A stretch of 64,000 nucleotides of DNA from Ramazzottius varieornatus (Eukaryota > Animalia > Tardigrada): NCBI GenBank assembly GCA_001949185.1, contig BDGG01000012.1:1108973-1172972 (forward strand), read 5' to 3'. Position numbers and translations under genes: made by a program. Of the stretch, positions 63,501 through 64,000 are shown piece by piece (positions within the stretch are counted from its first letter, which is position 1; every line of letters starts with the position of its first letter). A model generated the notes under the pieces. That model searched no databases. It was given only the letters and a program-made list of their open reading frames with translations, and was not told the DNA's origin.

Positions 63501-64000
63501 CACTACTAGCTTGCCCACACAAGCCGAACTTCCGTAATCGTGCCTTTCATTATGAATTTTCGATGGGTTATTGAAAACGGTAATGTTGATGGGCAAACTC
63601 ATCACTGACGAGTCGACAGTAAAGGCTTTAACCGTAGTCCCTAATATTTCGAAGCTGTGGAAGCCCTTTCGATTTTAGACGTGATGTTTCAGGAAGGTTG
63701 TCAAGCATTCATCCGGCACGTTCCTTCGTGCCTGAAGCCTCGGCATTACGGTCCGGTGCTAGGCGGAAACCAGTCTTTTTTCTCAGGCACAACGGCACTT
63801 TCGTTACGGCGACACATATCCTTAATCCGTTGGTCAACAACGCCGTAAGCAGATTGTAACAAAAATCCCTGAAACTATCTCACATTTTAGAGCTGACATG
63901 ATTAGCTTGATGGAGCTTCTTATTGAATCTCTTTTCCATCCGACATTCGGCCGACATTTCACGATGATGAGAAATTGATCTATGCGTCTGGCTATCCGTT

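Noticed and set aside
60560-64000. Short ORFs and a GTGAGT donor near 63190 as candidate syndecan first exon
   Set aside because: No signal-peptide-like frame found; the region looks intronic/non-coding.

Overview
Gene-dense, intron-containing animal (metazoan) genomic DNA. Most introns are short GT-AG introns of about 55-200 nt, and intergenic gaps are often under 1 kb. A tardigrade-like or other compact invertebrate genome is plausible, but that is inference only. I reconstructed about 24 spliced loci by hand: a TRH-receptor-like GPCR (truncated at the left edge), LOXL, SLC18B1-like MFS transporter, AP5S1, CXorf65/C22orf15-like, DCLK, NIT2, ASH2L, TMEM254, a divergent (MATH?)-BTB protein, an intron-containing pogo/Tigger DDE_1-derived gene, TIM8, COMMD4, MBD2/3, a bacterial-type amidinotransferase (CtlX-like), a small HSP, DCTD, EMG1, ADCY3-like cyclase, a BMP5-8/gbb ligand, a ~1300-aa orphan, two disrupted tandem F-box-like copies, and syndecan (5' end not found). 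The most notable observations are: (1) a probable horizontally acquired bacterial amidinotransferase that has gained a spliceosomal intron; (2) a domesticated, probably catalytically dead pogo transposase next to a large inverted repeat; (3) a BMP ligand lacking the inter-chain disulfide cysteine; (4) an MBD2/3 with substituted methyl-CpG-reading residues; (5) MITE-like and intronic hairpin elements. CDS coordinates are gene spans that include introns. All homology calls come from motif recognition, not database searches.
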